From Ilumatobacteraceae bacterium (GTDB taxonomy: Bacteria > Actinomycetota > Acidimicrobiia > Acidimicrobiales > Ilumatobacteraceae): a stretch of DNA of 64,000 nt. Shown one piece after another: positions 1-8,470 of the stretch (its first letter is position 1; every line of letters begins with the position of its first letter). The notes beneath the pieces were generated by a model. It worked only from the letters and a program-made list of their open reading frames with translations, did no database searches and was not told the origin of the DNA. The DNA lies in contig JBEBGL010000007.1 of NCBI GenBank assembly GCA_040081465.1, positions 35,976-99,975 on the forward strand, read 5' to 3'. A program made the position numbers and the translations under genes.

Positions 1-690
1 GCGGTCGGCGATCAGGTCGAGCTGCGACTCGACGGCAAACCTCTGCCGCTCACCGTGCAAGGGGTGTTCCAGACCACCGACCTGATTCGCGCGTCGCGGA
101 TCTATCACCGCGAGACATTCGTGGGCAGCAGCATCCCAACTCCTGCTGGCATCGTGTCGCTCACCGCGGCCGACGGAGTTTCCGACAGTGATCTGCGTGA
201 AGCGGTTGGCGCGGTGATCGCCGACTACGGCATCGGCGAGCTGCAGAACAAGCGCGAGTTCATCGAAAGTCGAGCCGACATCGTCGATCGAAGTCTCTCG
301 TTTATCTACGGCCTGTTGTTCCTGTCGATCATCATCGCCACCTTCGGCATCGTGATCACCTTGCTGTTGGCGGTCTATGAGCGCCGACGCGAGACGGGTC
401 TGTTGCGGGCAGTCGGCATGAACAAGAGCCAGGTGCGCACGACCGTGCGCTGGGAGAGCGTGATCACCTCTATATATGGTGCCGCCGTCGGTGTGGCCAT
501 GGGCCTCGTACTCGGTTACGTGGTCATCGTCGCGCTGCGCGACCAGGGCTTGACTACCTATTCGGTGCCCGTGAGCAGCATCGTGTGGATCATGGTGTTG
601 GCCTTTATCGCTGGTGTGATCGCCGCGGTGGTGCCGGCCTGGCGAGCCACACGCCTTGGCATTCTCAGCGCAATCGCCGCCGACGGCTGA
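1..690 (+). CDS. ABC transporter permease, FtsX/MacB-like, C-terminal part (5' end outside window)
   Basis: The frame of ORF 55..690 is open back to nt 1. The C-terminal hydrophobic helices and the ERRRETGLLRAVGM segment are typical of the FtsX-like permease domain. Confidence 0.75.
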   Translation, partial: AVGDQVELRLDGKPLPLTVQGVFQTTDLIRASRIYHRETFVGSSIPTPAGIVSLTAADGVSDSDLREAVGAVIADYGIGELQNKREFIESRADIVDRSLSFIYGLLFLSIIIATFGIVITLLLAVYERRRETGLLRAVGMNKSQVRTTVRWESVITSIYGAAVGVAMGLVLGYVVIVALRDQGLTTYSVPVSSIVWIMVLAFIAGVIAAVVPAWRATRLGILSAIAADG

Positions 691-708
691 TGTGCAACAG
701 TTGACAGC

Positions 709-1128
709 GTGAGCGCTGGTTATTCCGGTACGCCGTTGCCCAAGAAGTTGGGAATCGTTGGCGATGCAGTGTTTACCGTGCTGCACGCGCCTGCCGACTT
801 TGCCGAAACTCTCGGCGACTACGGCGACGCCGTTTGGCAACGCAGTTTGTTAGCGCCTATCGATGTTGTGATCGCCTTCTTCACCCAACGCAAAGCGCTT
901 GCCGCGGAGTGGCGAGCGCTCACCGAAGCTGCGCAACCGGCTGGCGGTGTGTGGGTGGCGTGGCCGAAGAAGGCGAGCGGTGTTGCCACCGACATCACTG
1001 AAGACGTGCTGCGCGCACAACTGCTGCCGACCGGATGGGTCGACAACAAGGTGTGCGCGATTGACACCACGTGGAGCGGTCTGCGCTTCGTGATGCGCAA
1101 AGACAACCGCCCGCCGCGCTTGCGCTAG
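709..1128 (+). CDS. DUF3052-like conserved protein
   Basis: The N-terminus GYSGTPLPKKLGI and the overall length match my recollection of the DUF3052 family. No search was run. Confidence 0.55.
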   Translation: MSAGYSGTPLPKKLGIVGDAVFTVLHAPADFAETLGDYGDAVWQRSLLAPIDVVIAFFTQRKALAAEWRALTEAAQPAGGVWVAWPKKASGVATDITEDVLRAQLLPTGWVDNKVCAIDTTWSGLRFVMRKDNRPPRLR

Positions 1129-1131
1129 CGG

Positions 1132-1764
1132 CTACTTGGGCTGCGGCAGTACCCGTAGGTACGGCTTCACCGTTGTCCAGCCTTGTGGGAACAACTTCTC
1201 GGCTTCCTCATTGGTAACGGCACCGCCGATAATCACGTCGTCGCCGTTCTTCCAGTTGACCGGAGTTGCCAGCTTGTACTTGGCAGTCAACTGCAGGCTG
1301 TCGATCACGCGCAAGATCTCATCGAAGTTGCGACCGGTGCTTGCCGGATAGGTGATGGTCAGCTTCACCTTCTTGTCGGGGCCAATCACGAAGACGGAAC
1401 GCACGGTGAGCGTGTCGTTCGCGTTCGGGTGGATCATGTCGTAGAGGTCGGCAACTTTGCGATCGGGGTCTCCAATCATCGGGAAGTTCACCGGCGTGCC
1501 TTGCGTCTCGCCAATGTCGCCTTCCCACTTCTCGTGCGACTCGACGCTGTCGACTGAGAGGCCGATGACTTTCACGTTGCGCTTGTCGAACTCGGGCTTG
1601 ATCTTCGCGACGTAACCCAACTCGGTGGTGCACACCGGCGTGAAGTCTTTGGGATGACTGAACAACACTCCCCACGAATCTCCCAGCCATTCGTGAAAGT
1701 TGATCTCGCCCTTTGTCGTGGGGGCGGTGAAGTCGGGCGCAATGTCTCCGAGGCGGACGGCCAT
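1132..1764 (-). CDS. 1-Cys peroxiredoxin (Prx6-type, AhpC/TSA family)
   Basis: DFTPVCTTELG peroxidatic Cys motif. 210 aa with the C-terminal extension typical of 1-Cys Prx. Confidence 0.9.
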   Translation of the reverse strand: MAVRLGDIAPDFTAPTTKGEINFHEWLGDSWGVLFSHPKDFTPVCTTELGYVAKIKPEFDKRNVKVIGLSVDSVESHEKWEGDIGETQGTPVNFPMIGDPDRKVADLYDMIHPNANDTLTVRSVFVIGPDKKVKLTITYPASTGRNFDEILRVIDSLQLTAKYKLATPVNWKNGDDVIIGGAVTNEEAEKLFPQGWTTVKPYLRVLPQPK

Positions 1765-1852
1765 GGTGGAACTCCTTGTCGTTTAGGTGAAGAGCGATGA
1801 GTAGAGGACAGAGAATATCTAATACCCGACCATTTCGGTCAAGATTCTTGGA

Positions 1853-1882
1853 TTGACAGGTGACTAAATGGTCACGTAATAT
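1853..1882 (+). promoter_or_regulatory. Sigma-70-like promoter for the ArsR gene with an operator-like inverted repeat in the spacer
   Basis: TTGACA (1853..1858), an 18-nt spacer, then TAATAT (1877..1882). GTGAC-N6-GTCAC lies at 1860..1875. The ATG at 1891 is only 8 nt past the -10 hexamer, implying a leaderless or near-leaderless mRNA. Confidence 0.4.
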
Positions 1883-1890
1883 TCAAGCCG

Positions 1891-2205
1891 ATGGAACTGG
1901 TATTCAAGGCCCTCGCCGACAACACCCGTCGTGCTCTGCTCGATGCATTGGTCGAGCACGACGGGCAGTCGGTATTGGCCCTCTGCGAACAGTTCCCCGA
2001 GATGACGCGCTTCGGTGTGATGAAGCATCTCGCGGTGCTCGAGGCTGCGAACCTCGTCACCACTCAGCGGCAGGGCCGCAACAAGCTGCACTTTCTCAAC
2101 CCTGTCCCGATTCAACAGGTCGCCGACCGCTGGATCAGCAAGTACGCACAACCGTTCACTCGTTCTCTCGTCGATTTGAAAACAACAGTCGAAAAGACTG
2201 CTTAA
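1891..2205 (+). CDS. ArsR/SmtB family transcriptional regulator
   Basis: Winged-HTH pattern FKALADNTRRALLDAL...RFGVMKHLAVLEAANLV. 104 aa. Confidence 0.85.
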   Translation: MELVFKALADNTRRALLDALVEHDGQSVLALCEQFPEMTRFGVMKHLAVLEAANLVTTQRQGRNKLHFLNPVPIQQVADRWISKYAQPFTRSLVDLKTTVEKTA

Positions 2206-2220
2206 GACAAGGAGCCCAAC

Positions 2221-3129
2221 GTGGCCGTTACCCGACACCAATACCGCATCTACATCAAGGCTCCGATCGAGCAAGTGTGGAACGCCGTCATCGATCCGAC
2301 GTTCACCCGCCGGTACTTCCACGGCACAGCGTTCGACGCGCCACCTAAGAACGGTGAGCCGTACTCGACGTCGACTGCCGATGGCCGTCCCGCTGTCGAC
2401 GGCACGATTGAAGTACTCGAGCCGCCGACACGCTTGGTGATGACGTGGCACACGCTCTACGACACCGCACTTGCTGCCGAGCCGCCCTCGCGCGTTGAGT
2501 GGACGCTGTCGGCCGCGGGTGATGGGTTGACGCAGGTCGATCTCTTGCATGGCGATCTCGCGCGCAGTCCGCTCACGTGGGCCAACGTTCGCTACGGCTG
2601 GGTTTGGATTCTCGACGGTCTCAAGACGCTGATCGAAACGGGCGAGGACTTGCCGCCTGTCGCTAATGGAGAAGAACAAGGTGGAGAAGACACCGCAGCC
2701 GAGTGGCATCGCGCGCAAGGCATCGAGTGCAACAACACCGCGTGGGAAATGATTGAGGGCGAGCGCACGCCAGAGAACGACGAAGAGATGTTGCGCAGGG
2801 CTTACGCCTCGACCTACCACTGGGCACGAGCGAAGGGTCGCACGCCGGCGAATGACGCTCGTGGGCAATGGATGCTCGCCAAGGTTCAACTCTTGGCCGG
2901 CTTCCCCGAGCGCTCGCTGCACTATGCCGACGCGTGCATGCGCTTGTGCAAGGAGCACGGGCTCGTCGACTTCGACCTGGCGTACGCGCACGAGGCCCGC
3001 GCGCGGGCGCTACGTGCGCTTGGGCACGAGCAAGAAGCGATGAGCGAATGGGCGGCTGCGAAGGCAGTTCCAATTGCTGACGACGAAGATCGTGAGATCT
3101 TGGAGAAAGACCTGGCAGAGGGACCGTGA
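2221..3129 (+). CDS. SRPBCC (AHSA1/START-like) domain protein with a helical C-terminal extension
   Basis: The N-terminal ~150 aa (IKAPIEQVWNAVIDP...) resemble the Aha1/SRPBCC fold. It commonly sits downstream of ArsR genes. Confidence 0.65.
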   Translation: MAVTRHQYRIYIKAPIEQVWNAVIDPTFTRRYFHGTAFDAPPKNGEPYSTSTADGRPAVDGTIEVLEPPTRLVMTWHTLYDTALAAEPPSRVEWTLSAAGDGLTQVDLLHGDLARSPLTWANVRYGWVWILDGLKTLIETGEDLPPVANGEEQGGEDTAAEWHRAQGIECNNTAWEMIEGERTPENDEEMLRRAYASTYHWARAKGRTPANDARGQWMLAKVQLLAGFPERSLHYADACMRLCKEHGLVDFDLAYAHEARARALRALGHEQEAMSEWAAAKAVPIADDEDREILEKDLAEGP

Positions 3130-3148
3130 CTCAGGCAGCCCAGATCGC

Positions 3149-3802
3149 CTAGGCAGCGATCTGACCATCAACCATTGCGATGGTGCGTTGGGCGATGTCG
3201 TCGACCCAGCGCCGGTCGTGAGTCGCGACGACGATTGTCGTGTCTGTGGCTCGCTCGTGCAACGTGCGCGTTAGTCGTGCAAGCTGTTCGTCGTCGAGAT
3301 GGGCGTCTGGCTCGTCGAGTACCAGAATGTCGGATCGGCCAGCGAGCGCTGCCGCAAGCGCGACGCGCCGACGCTGGCCGCCAGACAGCTTTCCGCAGCG
3401 CTCACTCGCAAGATCAACAAGGTCGACATCGTGCAGCGCGCGATGCACCGCGCCGCGCCGCACGCGTTCGTTCGGTGCCAGTTCACGCATGACGGCAATC
3501 AGATCGACGTGATCGAACACTGACAAGCGACGCGGCACACTGTCGTCCTGCGGCAGGTAACCCAAGCGGCGGCGAACGGCAGCAAGGTTGTTGTCCACAA
3601 CGTGTTCGCCGCCCACGACCAGCGTTCCCGCAGACGGCGCAGTCACCGTCGCAAGCAAGCGCAACAATGTTGTCTTGCCGCAACCGTTGGCGCCGATGAC
3701 AACAGTGATACCGGCACCGATCGTCAACGACGGAACGTGCAACTCGAAGCGAGGCCCGTTGCGAAAGGCGACGCCTTCGAGGTGGATGACTGGCGCCGTC
3801 AT
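3149..3802 (-). CDS. ABC transporter ATP-binding protein
   Basis: Walker A GANGCGKTT, signature LSGGQRRRV, Walker B ILVLDEP. The start is set at ATG 3802 (MTAPVIHLEG), which overlaps the upstream stop as ATGA. Confidence 0.85.
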   Translation of the reverse strand: MTAPVIHLEGVAFRNGPRFELHVPSLTIGAGITVVIGANGCGKTTLLRLLATVTAPSAGTLVVGGEHVVDNNLAAVRRRLGYLPQDDSVPRRLSVFDHVDLIAVMRELAPNERVRRGAVHRALHDVDLVDLASERCGKLSGGQRRRVALAAALAGRSDILVLDEPDAHLDDEQLARLTRTLHERATDTTIVVATHDRRWVDDIAQRTIAMVDGQIAA

Positions 3803-4500
3803 GCGTCGCTCCAACGGTCGAGTCTCCGACGGCCGATTACCAGCGTCACGGCCCCGGCAACCGCGACCACGGCGGCGCCCACTTGACCAATCACACCGAA
3901 CGGTGCGGTCGCGTCGTCGTTGATCTGTGCGACGAAGACGACCAGCGTCAGCCATCCCAATCCAACGCCGATTGCAGCGCGACGGACGCCGACATACGCG
4001 CCGACAGCGAGGGCCATCGATGTGGTTGCAAGCGCCGGCAGCATCCAAGCCAATCGCAGCCAGCCTTCGGTCGGCGAAGTCAGAACGGTCAAGAGCGAAA
4101 GCGCGGCGGCCGCGACGACCACTGTGACTGTGCGCAACAAGATCAAGCGCAGGCCCGAGAGCGGTGTTGCGACCGTCACTTCGTAGGCCCGGTCACTGTG
4201 CGGTCCGTACGCGAGTGCAACGCCAAGCACTGGAACGATCGGCGCGAGCGCGAGGAACACCGCGAGTTGGTCACCGGCTTCCCACTGTTTCGACCCGGCA
4301 CCGGCGGCCATCAGCAACACCAAGCCGACGGCGGCGAACCACGCCCATCGCAGTACTGGTGTCGCCGCCATCAGTCGCGCGGTTGGTTCCGGCACTCGCA
4401 AAGCCAGCAGCGCGCGTTCGAAGCGACTGCGCTTTGGCGCCGTGATCTCGCCCATGATCGCGTCGAGGTTGTTTGCCAAGCGCTCTTCGATCGTCCTCAT
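3799..4500 (-). CDS. Polytopic membrane protein coupled to the ECF sigma (putative anti-sigma or ABC-2-like permease)
   Basis: About 6 hydrophobic segments. It has 4-nt overlaps with both the sigma gene and the ATPase gene. I recognise no specific motif. Confidence 0.5.
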   Translation of the reverse strand: MRTIEERLANNLDAIMGEITAPKRSRFERALLALRVPEPTARLMAATPVLRWAWFAAVGLVLLMAAGAGSKQWEAGDQLAVFLALAPIVPVLGVALAYGPHSDRAYEVTVATPLSGLRLILLRTVTVVVAAAALSLLTVLTSPTEGWLRLAWMLPALATTSMALAVGAYVGVRRAAIGVGLGWLTLVVFVAQINDDATAPFGVIGQVGAAVVAVAGAVTLVIGRRRLDRWSDA

Positions 4501-5036
4501 TGGTTCACCTCTCGTAGCAGATCGCGGGCGCGTGAGAGTCGACTCTTAACCGTGCCTTGGGGAATGGCGAGCAGCACGGCGGCCTCGGCAGTCGTGAGTT
4601 CATCGATGTACACGGCGCTGACCACAGCGTGCAGTTCGGTCGGTAGTCGCGACAGCAAGTCGTACGTACGCGTGCCCGGCGCGGGTAGCGGCTCGGGTTC
4701 TGGCAGTTGCGCAACCGGAGTTGGGTGCGGGTGGCGCCGCAGATGATCGATCAGCCGACGCAGCGCAATCGACCACAGCCATGCGCCGACCTCGCCAGCT
4801 TCTGGGCGAAAGTTGCGAGCACTGCGCCACGCGCTTATGAACGTGTCTTGCAGCGCCGAGTCGACCAGGTCGTCGTCCGAGCATCGCGCCTGAAGCCGCA
4901 GCAGCAGCCAACGCGAGTGCCGGTGATATAGCGCCTCGAGCGCGTGCCGATCGCCCGCCGCCACGTCGGCGAGCAGCTCGGCGTCGGTGCGCTCGGGTGC
5001 TGCCACACACAACAGCGTGCCAGTTCCGGCGCTCAC
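4497..5036 (-). CDS. ECF-type RNA polymerase sigma-70 factor
   Basis: Region 2 (LVDSALQDTFISAWR) and region 4 HTH (LTTAEAAVLLAIPQGTVKSRLSRAR). Confidence 0.85.
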   Translation of the reverse strand: MSAGTGTLLCVAAPERTDAELLADVAAGDRHALEALYHRHSRWLLLRLQARCSDDDLVDSALQDTFISAWRSARNFRPEAGEVGAWLWSIALRRLIDHLRRHPHPTPVAQLPEPEPLPAPGTRTYDLLSRLPTELHAVVSAVYIDELTTAEAAVLLAIPQGTVKSRLSRARDLLREVNQ

Positions 5037-5992
5037 GCGTTGGCACGGCGACGCTGTTTGCGACTTTGCCGCCAGCCCCGCCAGTCTGAGCGAAGGCCGC
5101 GCATGGGAAATGCGAGTTGCTGCACGATGCCGTTGGGCATCTCAGTCGGGATGCCGTAGTGCTCTGGCCGCTGATCGCGAGGCATGCGGTAAGTGCCGAA
5201 CATGATGTCCCAAATCGGCAGGAAGATCGAGAAGTTGCTGTTGTGTGCTTCTTTGCGGAGCTCGTGATGCCAATGGTGGAACTCGGGTGTCATCACAACT
5301 GGCCACAGTGGGCGCAGTCGAAAGCGCACGTTGAGATGTGCGCCGAGGCCGACGAGAAACTGGATGATGGCCAGTGCACCCGTGATGCGGTTGTCGATGC
5401 CGGCAGCGACAAACAGCACGACGATCGGAATGATGAAGATTCCGTCGAATGGGTGCGCACGGAAGCCCGAGACCCAGTCGAGGTGGCGGGTGCTGTGGTG
5501 CACCTGGTGGAAACGCCAGAAGACGGGAACCTTGTGCGACCAACGGTGTGTCCAATACGCAAGGAAGTCGAACATCAGGAAGCCGCCGATGACCTGCGCG
5601 AGGGGCGGCAGCGAAGTGACAACTGGCCGCAGCAGCAAGCCGGGTATCCAGGCAAGTGACAAGAGGCCAAAAAAGAGTCCGACGACCAATCCGACGAACT
5701 GCAGTAATGGCTGCGTAGCGGCGTAGGCCAGATCGGTGCGCAACGCAAGGCGTCGGATGGGCACAGGGTGACGCCGGAAGAAACGTTCGAGCGGCCAAGA
5801 GACAACGAACAGCCCGAAGATGCCCGTCACCGCTTCGTTACCGACGAAGGCGCTGCCGATCGCGATCGCTGCCGCGATTGCTACGAGGATTGTGCCCCGA
5901 CGCGTGCGAGGGGCGGGTTGCCGTGTGTTGGCAGCGGGCGGTGGGAGTGCAACTGCAGGTGAAACGGGCGATGCAGTGAGGGTGAGGCTCAT
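5033..5992 (-). CDS. Fatty acid hydroxylase / sterol desaturase family membrane protein
   Basis: Three histidine boxes: HRWSH, HQVHH and HHWHH. Confidence 0.8.
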   Translation of the reverse strand: MSLTLTASPVSPAVALPPPAANTRQPAPRTRRGTILVAIAAAIAIGSAFVGNEAVTGIFGLFVVSWPLERFFRRHPVPIRRLALRTDLAYAATQPLLQFVGLVVGLFFGLLSLAWIPGLLLRPVVTSLPPLAQVIGGFLMFDFLAYWTHRWSHKVPVFWRFHQVHHSTRHLDWVSGFRAHPFDGIFIIPIVVLFVAAGIDNRITGALAIIQFLVGLGAHLNVRFRLRPLWPVVMTPEFHHWHHELRKEAHNSNFSIFLPIWDIMFGTYRMPRDQRPEHYGIPTEMPNGIVQQLAFPMRGLRSDWRGWRQSRKQRRRANA

Positions 5993-6025
5993 ACCCTCTC
6001 TATCGGGGCGAGGCGCCCGCTCGGT

Positions 6026-6904
6026 TCAGATCTCGAGGCCGAATCTTTCGGCAAATGCCTGCGAGTAATCGCTGTCGTCGTCGATGTTGCCCAGCGCAAC
6101 CCAGTCTTCGTCGGTCATGGCCGCTCGACCGTCGATCAGTTCCTTTGCACCCCAACTGACGGCATAACGCAATTGCGGCTGATCGGTGGTGATCGCGTGA
6201 TGAACGATCTTGCCGACCTCGAAAGGATCGGTGGCCTTCGCGATTCCGGCCGCGTACATGAGGAACATTCGTCGGTAGGCCGCGTCGTACGCGCCTGACT
6301 GGTTCGGCGCGTCGATGTTCTTGGCGAAGATCGCGCTCTTGGTCACGCCTGGTTCGACGATGGCGACGCGAATTCCAAACGGAGCGACCTCTTGCGCGAG
6401 CCCCTCGCTCAACCCCTCGAGTGCCCACTTGGAAGTCACGTAAGGACTCTGCGCCAGCGCCGCTACCTTGCCGACCACCGACGTGATGTTGACGATCGTG
6501 CCGCGGCGCCGCTGACGCATCCCCGGCAACACGTGTCGTTGGCAGCGAACTGCGCCACAAAGATTGATGTTCATGACGTCGAGGTACAGCTGCGTCGGGC
6601 ATTCCTCGGCAACAGCATTGCCACCGACGCCAGCGTTGTTCACCAACACGTCGACGACGCCGTTGGTCTCGGCGAGGATGCGCGCGAAGCCCGTCGCGAC
6701 CGAGTCGTCGGACGCGACATCGAGTTCGACCAAGTTCATCTCGACACCCGCTTGCTCCGCCATCGCGTTCAACTTGGTTGCTTTGTCGAGGCTGCGCACG
6801 GTGCCGTACACGACGAAACCTTGCGCGGCCAGATGAATCGCGGTGGCGCGGCCAATGCCGCTGTTGGCGCCGGTAACAACGGCGATGGGTGCAGAGTCGC
6901 TCAT
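6026..6904 (-). CDS. Short-chain dehydrogenase/reductase (SDR)
   Basis: TGANSGIGRA cofactor motif and YVTSK catalytic motif. The start is set at ATG 6904 (MSDSAPIAVVTG). Confidence 0.85.
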   Translation of the reverse strand: MSDSAPIAVVTGANSGIGRATAIHLAAQGFVVYGTVRSLDKATKLNAMAEQAGVEMNLVELDVASDDSVATGFARILAETNGVVDVLVNNAGVGGNAVAEECPTQLYLDVMNINLCGAVRCQRHVLPGMRQRRRGTIVNITSVVGKVAALAQSPYVTSKWALEGLSEGLAQEVAPFGIRVAIVEPGVTKSAIFAKNIDAPNQSGAYDAAYRRMFLMYAAGIAKATDPFEVGKIVHHAITTDQPQLRYAVSWGAKELIDGRAAMTDEDWVALGNIDDDSDYSQAFAERFGLEI

Positions 6905-6937
6905 GGCCGCCGATCGTAGGCGCAAAGGCTGCGCGAC

Positions 6938-7459
6938 CTATTCGGCAGCGTCTTCGCCGCCCAGGAACTCGTCATGCCAAACGGGGTCGGGGTCGCAGCC
7001 AAGTGCAAGGCTGCGCACGCGATTGCCGTCGGTTAGCAGCACATCGAGCAGCAGTAGGCCCTGCGCCATGTGTGCTCGCCGAAGTGCGTGGTACCCGCGA
7101 CGATCAACGTCCGAGGGAGGGCCGTCGGGCACGTCGGGGTCGATGACGACGCTGATCGTTTGGCAGAACGGCGCTTCAACGCCGGGCAACTGCGCCACGC
7201 CGACCAAGAGGCCGACTTCGGCAGGTGGGTCGAGCAGCATCGCCGTAATGCGGCGGCGCTCGTCGAGAAGCACGAGAACTTCGTGGCACACCGGCATGTC
7301 GAAGATTTCGGTAGCCAACATCACCGCATCGGAGAACTCGGCGATGACGATCGGGTCGTCGGGACTTGGGTGGAAGATGCTCCACGAGTGATCGTCGGAC
7401 TGCAGTTGCAACGACTGCTGGCGACGACGAGGCAAGCGCAAACGCGGCTTGAACGACAT
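6938..7459 (-). CDS. Hypothetical protein
   Basis: ATG 7459 is preceded by a GGAGGAAG ribosome-binding site. No family is recognised. It has a faint RadC/JAB-like layout but lacks the metal motif. Confidence 0.45.
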   Translation of the reverse strand: MSFKPRLRLPRRRQQSLQLQSDDHSWSIFHPSPDDPIVIAEFSDAVMLATEIFDMPVCHEVLVLLDERRRITAMLLDPPAEVGLLVGVAQLPGVEAPFCQTISVVIDPDVPDGPPSDVDRRGYHALRRAHMAQGLLLLDVLLTDGNRVRSLALGCDPDPVWHDEFLGGEDAAE

Positions 7460-7538
7460 ACTTCCTCCAAGGACTGCATGGCCAAGAGCGACCAAAGCTG
7501 GTTCCGGGGGAAGCCGTTGCGGCGAGACTACCGGTGCG

Positions 7539-8003
7539 TTAAAGCAGTTCCGCTATGCGCGGTGCTAGTTCTTCCGGGGTTACCTTCGTGCCGAAGCGCT
7601 GCACGTTGCCTTCGCGGTCGACCAAGAACTTTTCGAAGTTCCACTTGATGTCTTCACCGTCGGTTTGCGCCTTCAGCCACGAGTACAGCTCGCAGGCACC
7701 TTCGCCATTGACTTCGATCTTGGAAAACATCGGGAAGGCAACGTTGTACTTAGTTTGGACGAACTTGAGAATGTCGGCTTCCGGGTCGGGTTCTTGCTTG
7801 CCGAACTGGTTGCACGGGAAACCCATCACGGCGAAGCCCGCAGCTTTGTTGTCTTCGTGGAGCGTACGCAGACCTGCGTACTGAGGAGTAGCGCCTCAAT
7901 AAGTGGCGACGTTGACGAGCAACAACACTTGGCCGCGATAGTCGGCCAGGTTCACGTCTTCGCCCGTGATCGACTTCATCGTGAGGTCGTACATGTCGCT
8001 CAT
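7539..8003 (-). CDS. Glutathione peroxidase with in-frame TGA (probable selenocysteine) at codon 36
   Basis: The frame from ATG 8003 reads ...LLLVNVATY-TGA-GATPQYAGL... and continues into tracked ORF 7539..7829 (FPCNQFG, WNFEKFLV motifs). The TGA at 7898..7896 aligns with Cys36 of the paralog. It is 154 codons long versus 155 for the paralog. Confidence 0.65.
7864..7881 (-). other. SECIS-like stem-loop downstream of the GPx UGA
   Basis: The mRNA forms GUACGC-AGGUCU-GCGUAC (perfect inverted repeat) starting 14 nt after the UGA. The loop contains GGU. Confidence 0.5.
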
Positions 8004-8470
8004 TAGATCACCTCGGCGATCGGGTCGGCCAGCTCTTCTGGCTTGGTGAGCGGGCTAAAGCGCTGCACCTTGCCCTCGCGATCGACGAGGAACTTTTCGA
8101 AGTTCCACTTGATGTCGCTGTCGTCGCCGCTCTCGGCCTTCAGCCACGAGTAGAGCTCGGCCTGGCCATCGCCGTTGACATCGATCTTGGAGAACATCGG
8201 AAAGTTGGCGCTGTACTTCGCTGTTGCGAACTCACAGACTTCGGCGTCGGTGCCGGGCTCTTGTGCGCCGAACTGATTGCACGGGAACGCCAAGACGCTA
8301 AAGCCGGCTGCCTTGTTCGCTTCGTGCAGCGCAACCAGACCCGTGTACTGGTCGGTGAGGCCGCATTGGCTCGCAACGTTGACGACCAGAGCCACCTTGC
8401 CCCGGTAGTCGGCGAGGTTCACCTGCTCGCCGGTAATCGACTTCATCGTCAGGTCATACATCGAGGTCAT
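8003..8470 (-). CDS. Glutathione peroxidase (Cys type)
   Basis: VNVASQCGLT active site, FPCNQFG and WNFEKFLVDREG motifs. 155 aa. Confidence 0.9.
   Translation of the reverse strand: MTSMYDLTMKSITGEQVNLADYRGKVALVVNVASQCGLTDQYTGLVALHEANKAAGFSVLAFPCNQFGAQEPGTDAEVCEFATAKYSANFPMFSKIDVNGDGQAELYSWLKAESGDDSDIKWNFEKFLVDREGKVQRFSPLTKPEELADPIAEVI

Noticed and set aside
1864-2991. 375-aa minus-strand ORF covering the ArsR and SRPBCC genes
   Set aside because: It is antisense to two ORFs with clear family motifs. It has an Arg/Ala/Gly-rich, low-complexity composition typical of shadow ORFs in high-GC DNA. No motif was recognised. The same reasoning applies to 46957..48144(-), 60425..61315(-), 9164..9943(-), 17310..18116(-), 37497..38414(-) and many others in the track.
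7896-7898. Reading the GPx TGA as a plain nonsense mutation (pseudogene)
   Set aside because: This is not fully excluded, since TGC to TGA is one substitution. It is disfavoured for four reasons. The stop is exactly at the Sec/Cys catalytic position. The remaining 118 codons are intact with all family motifs. The start is translationally coupled. A perfect hairpin with a GGU-containing loop sits at SECIS distance only in this copy.
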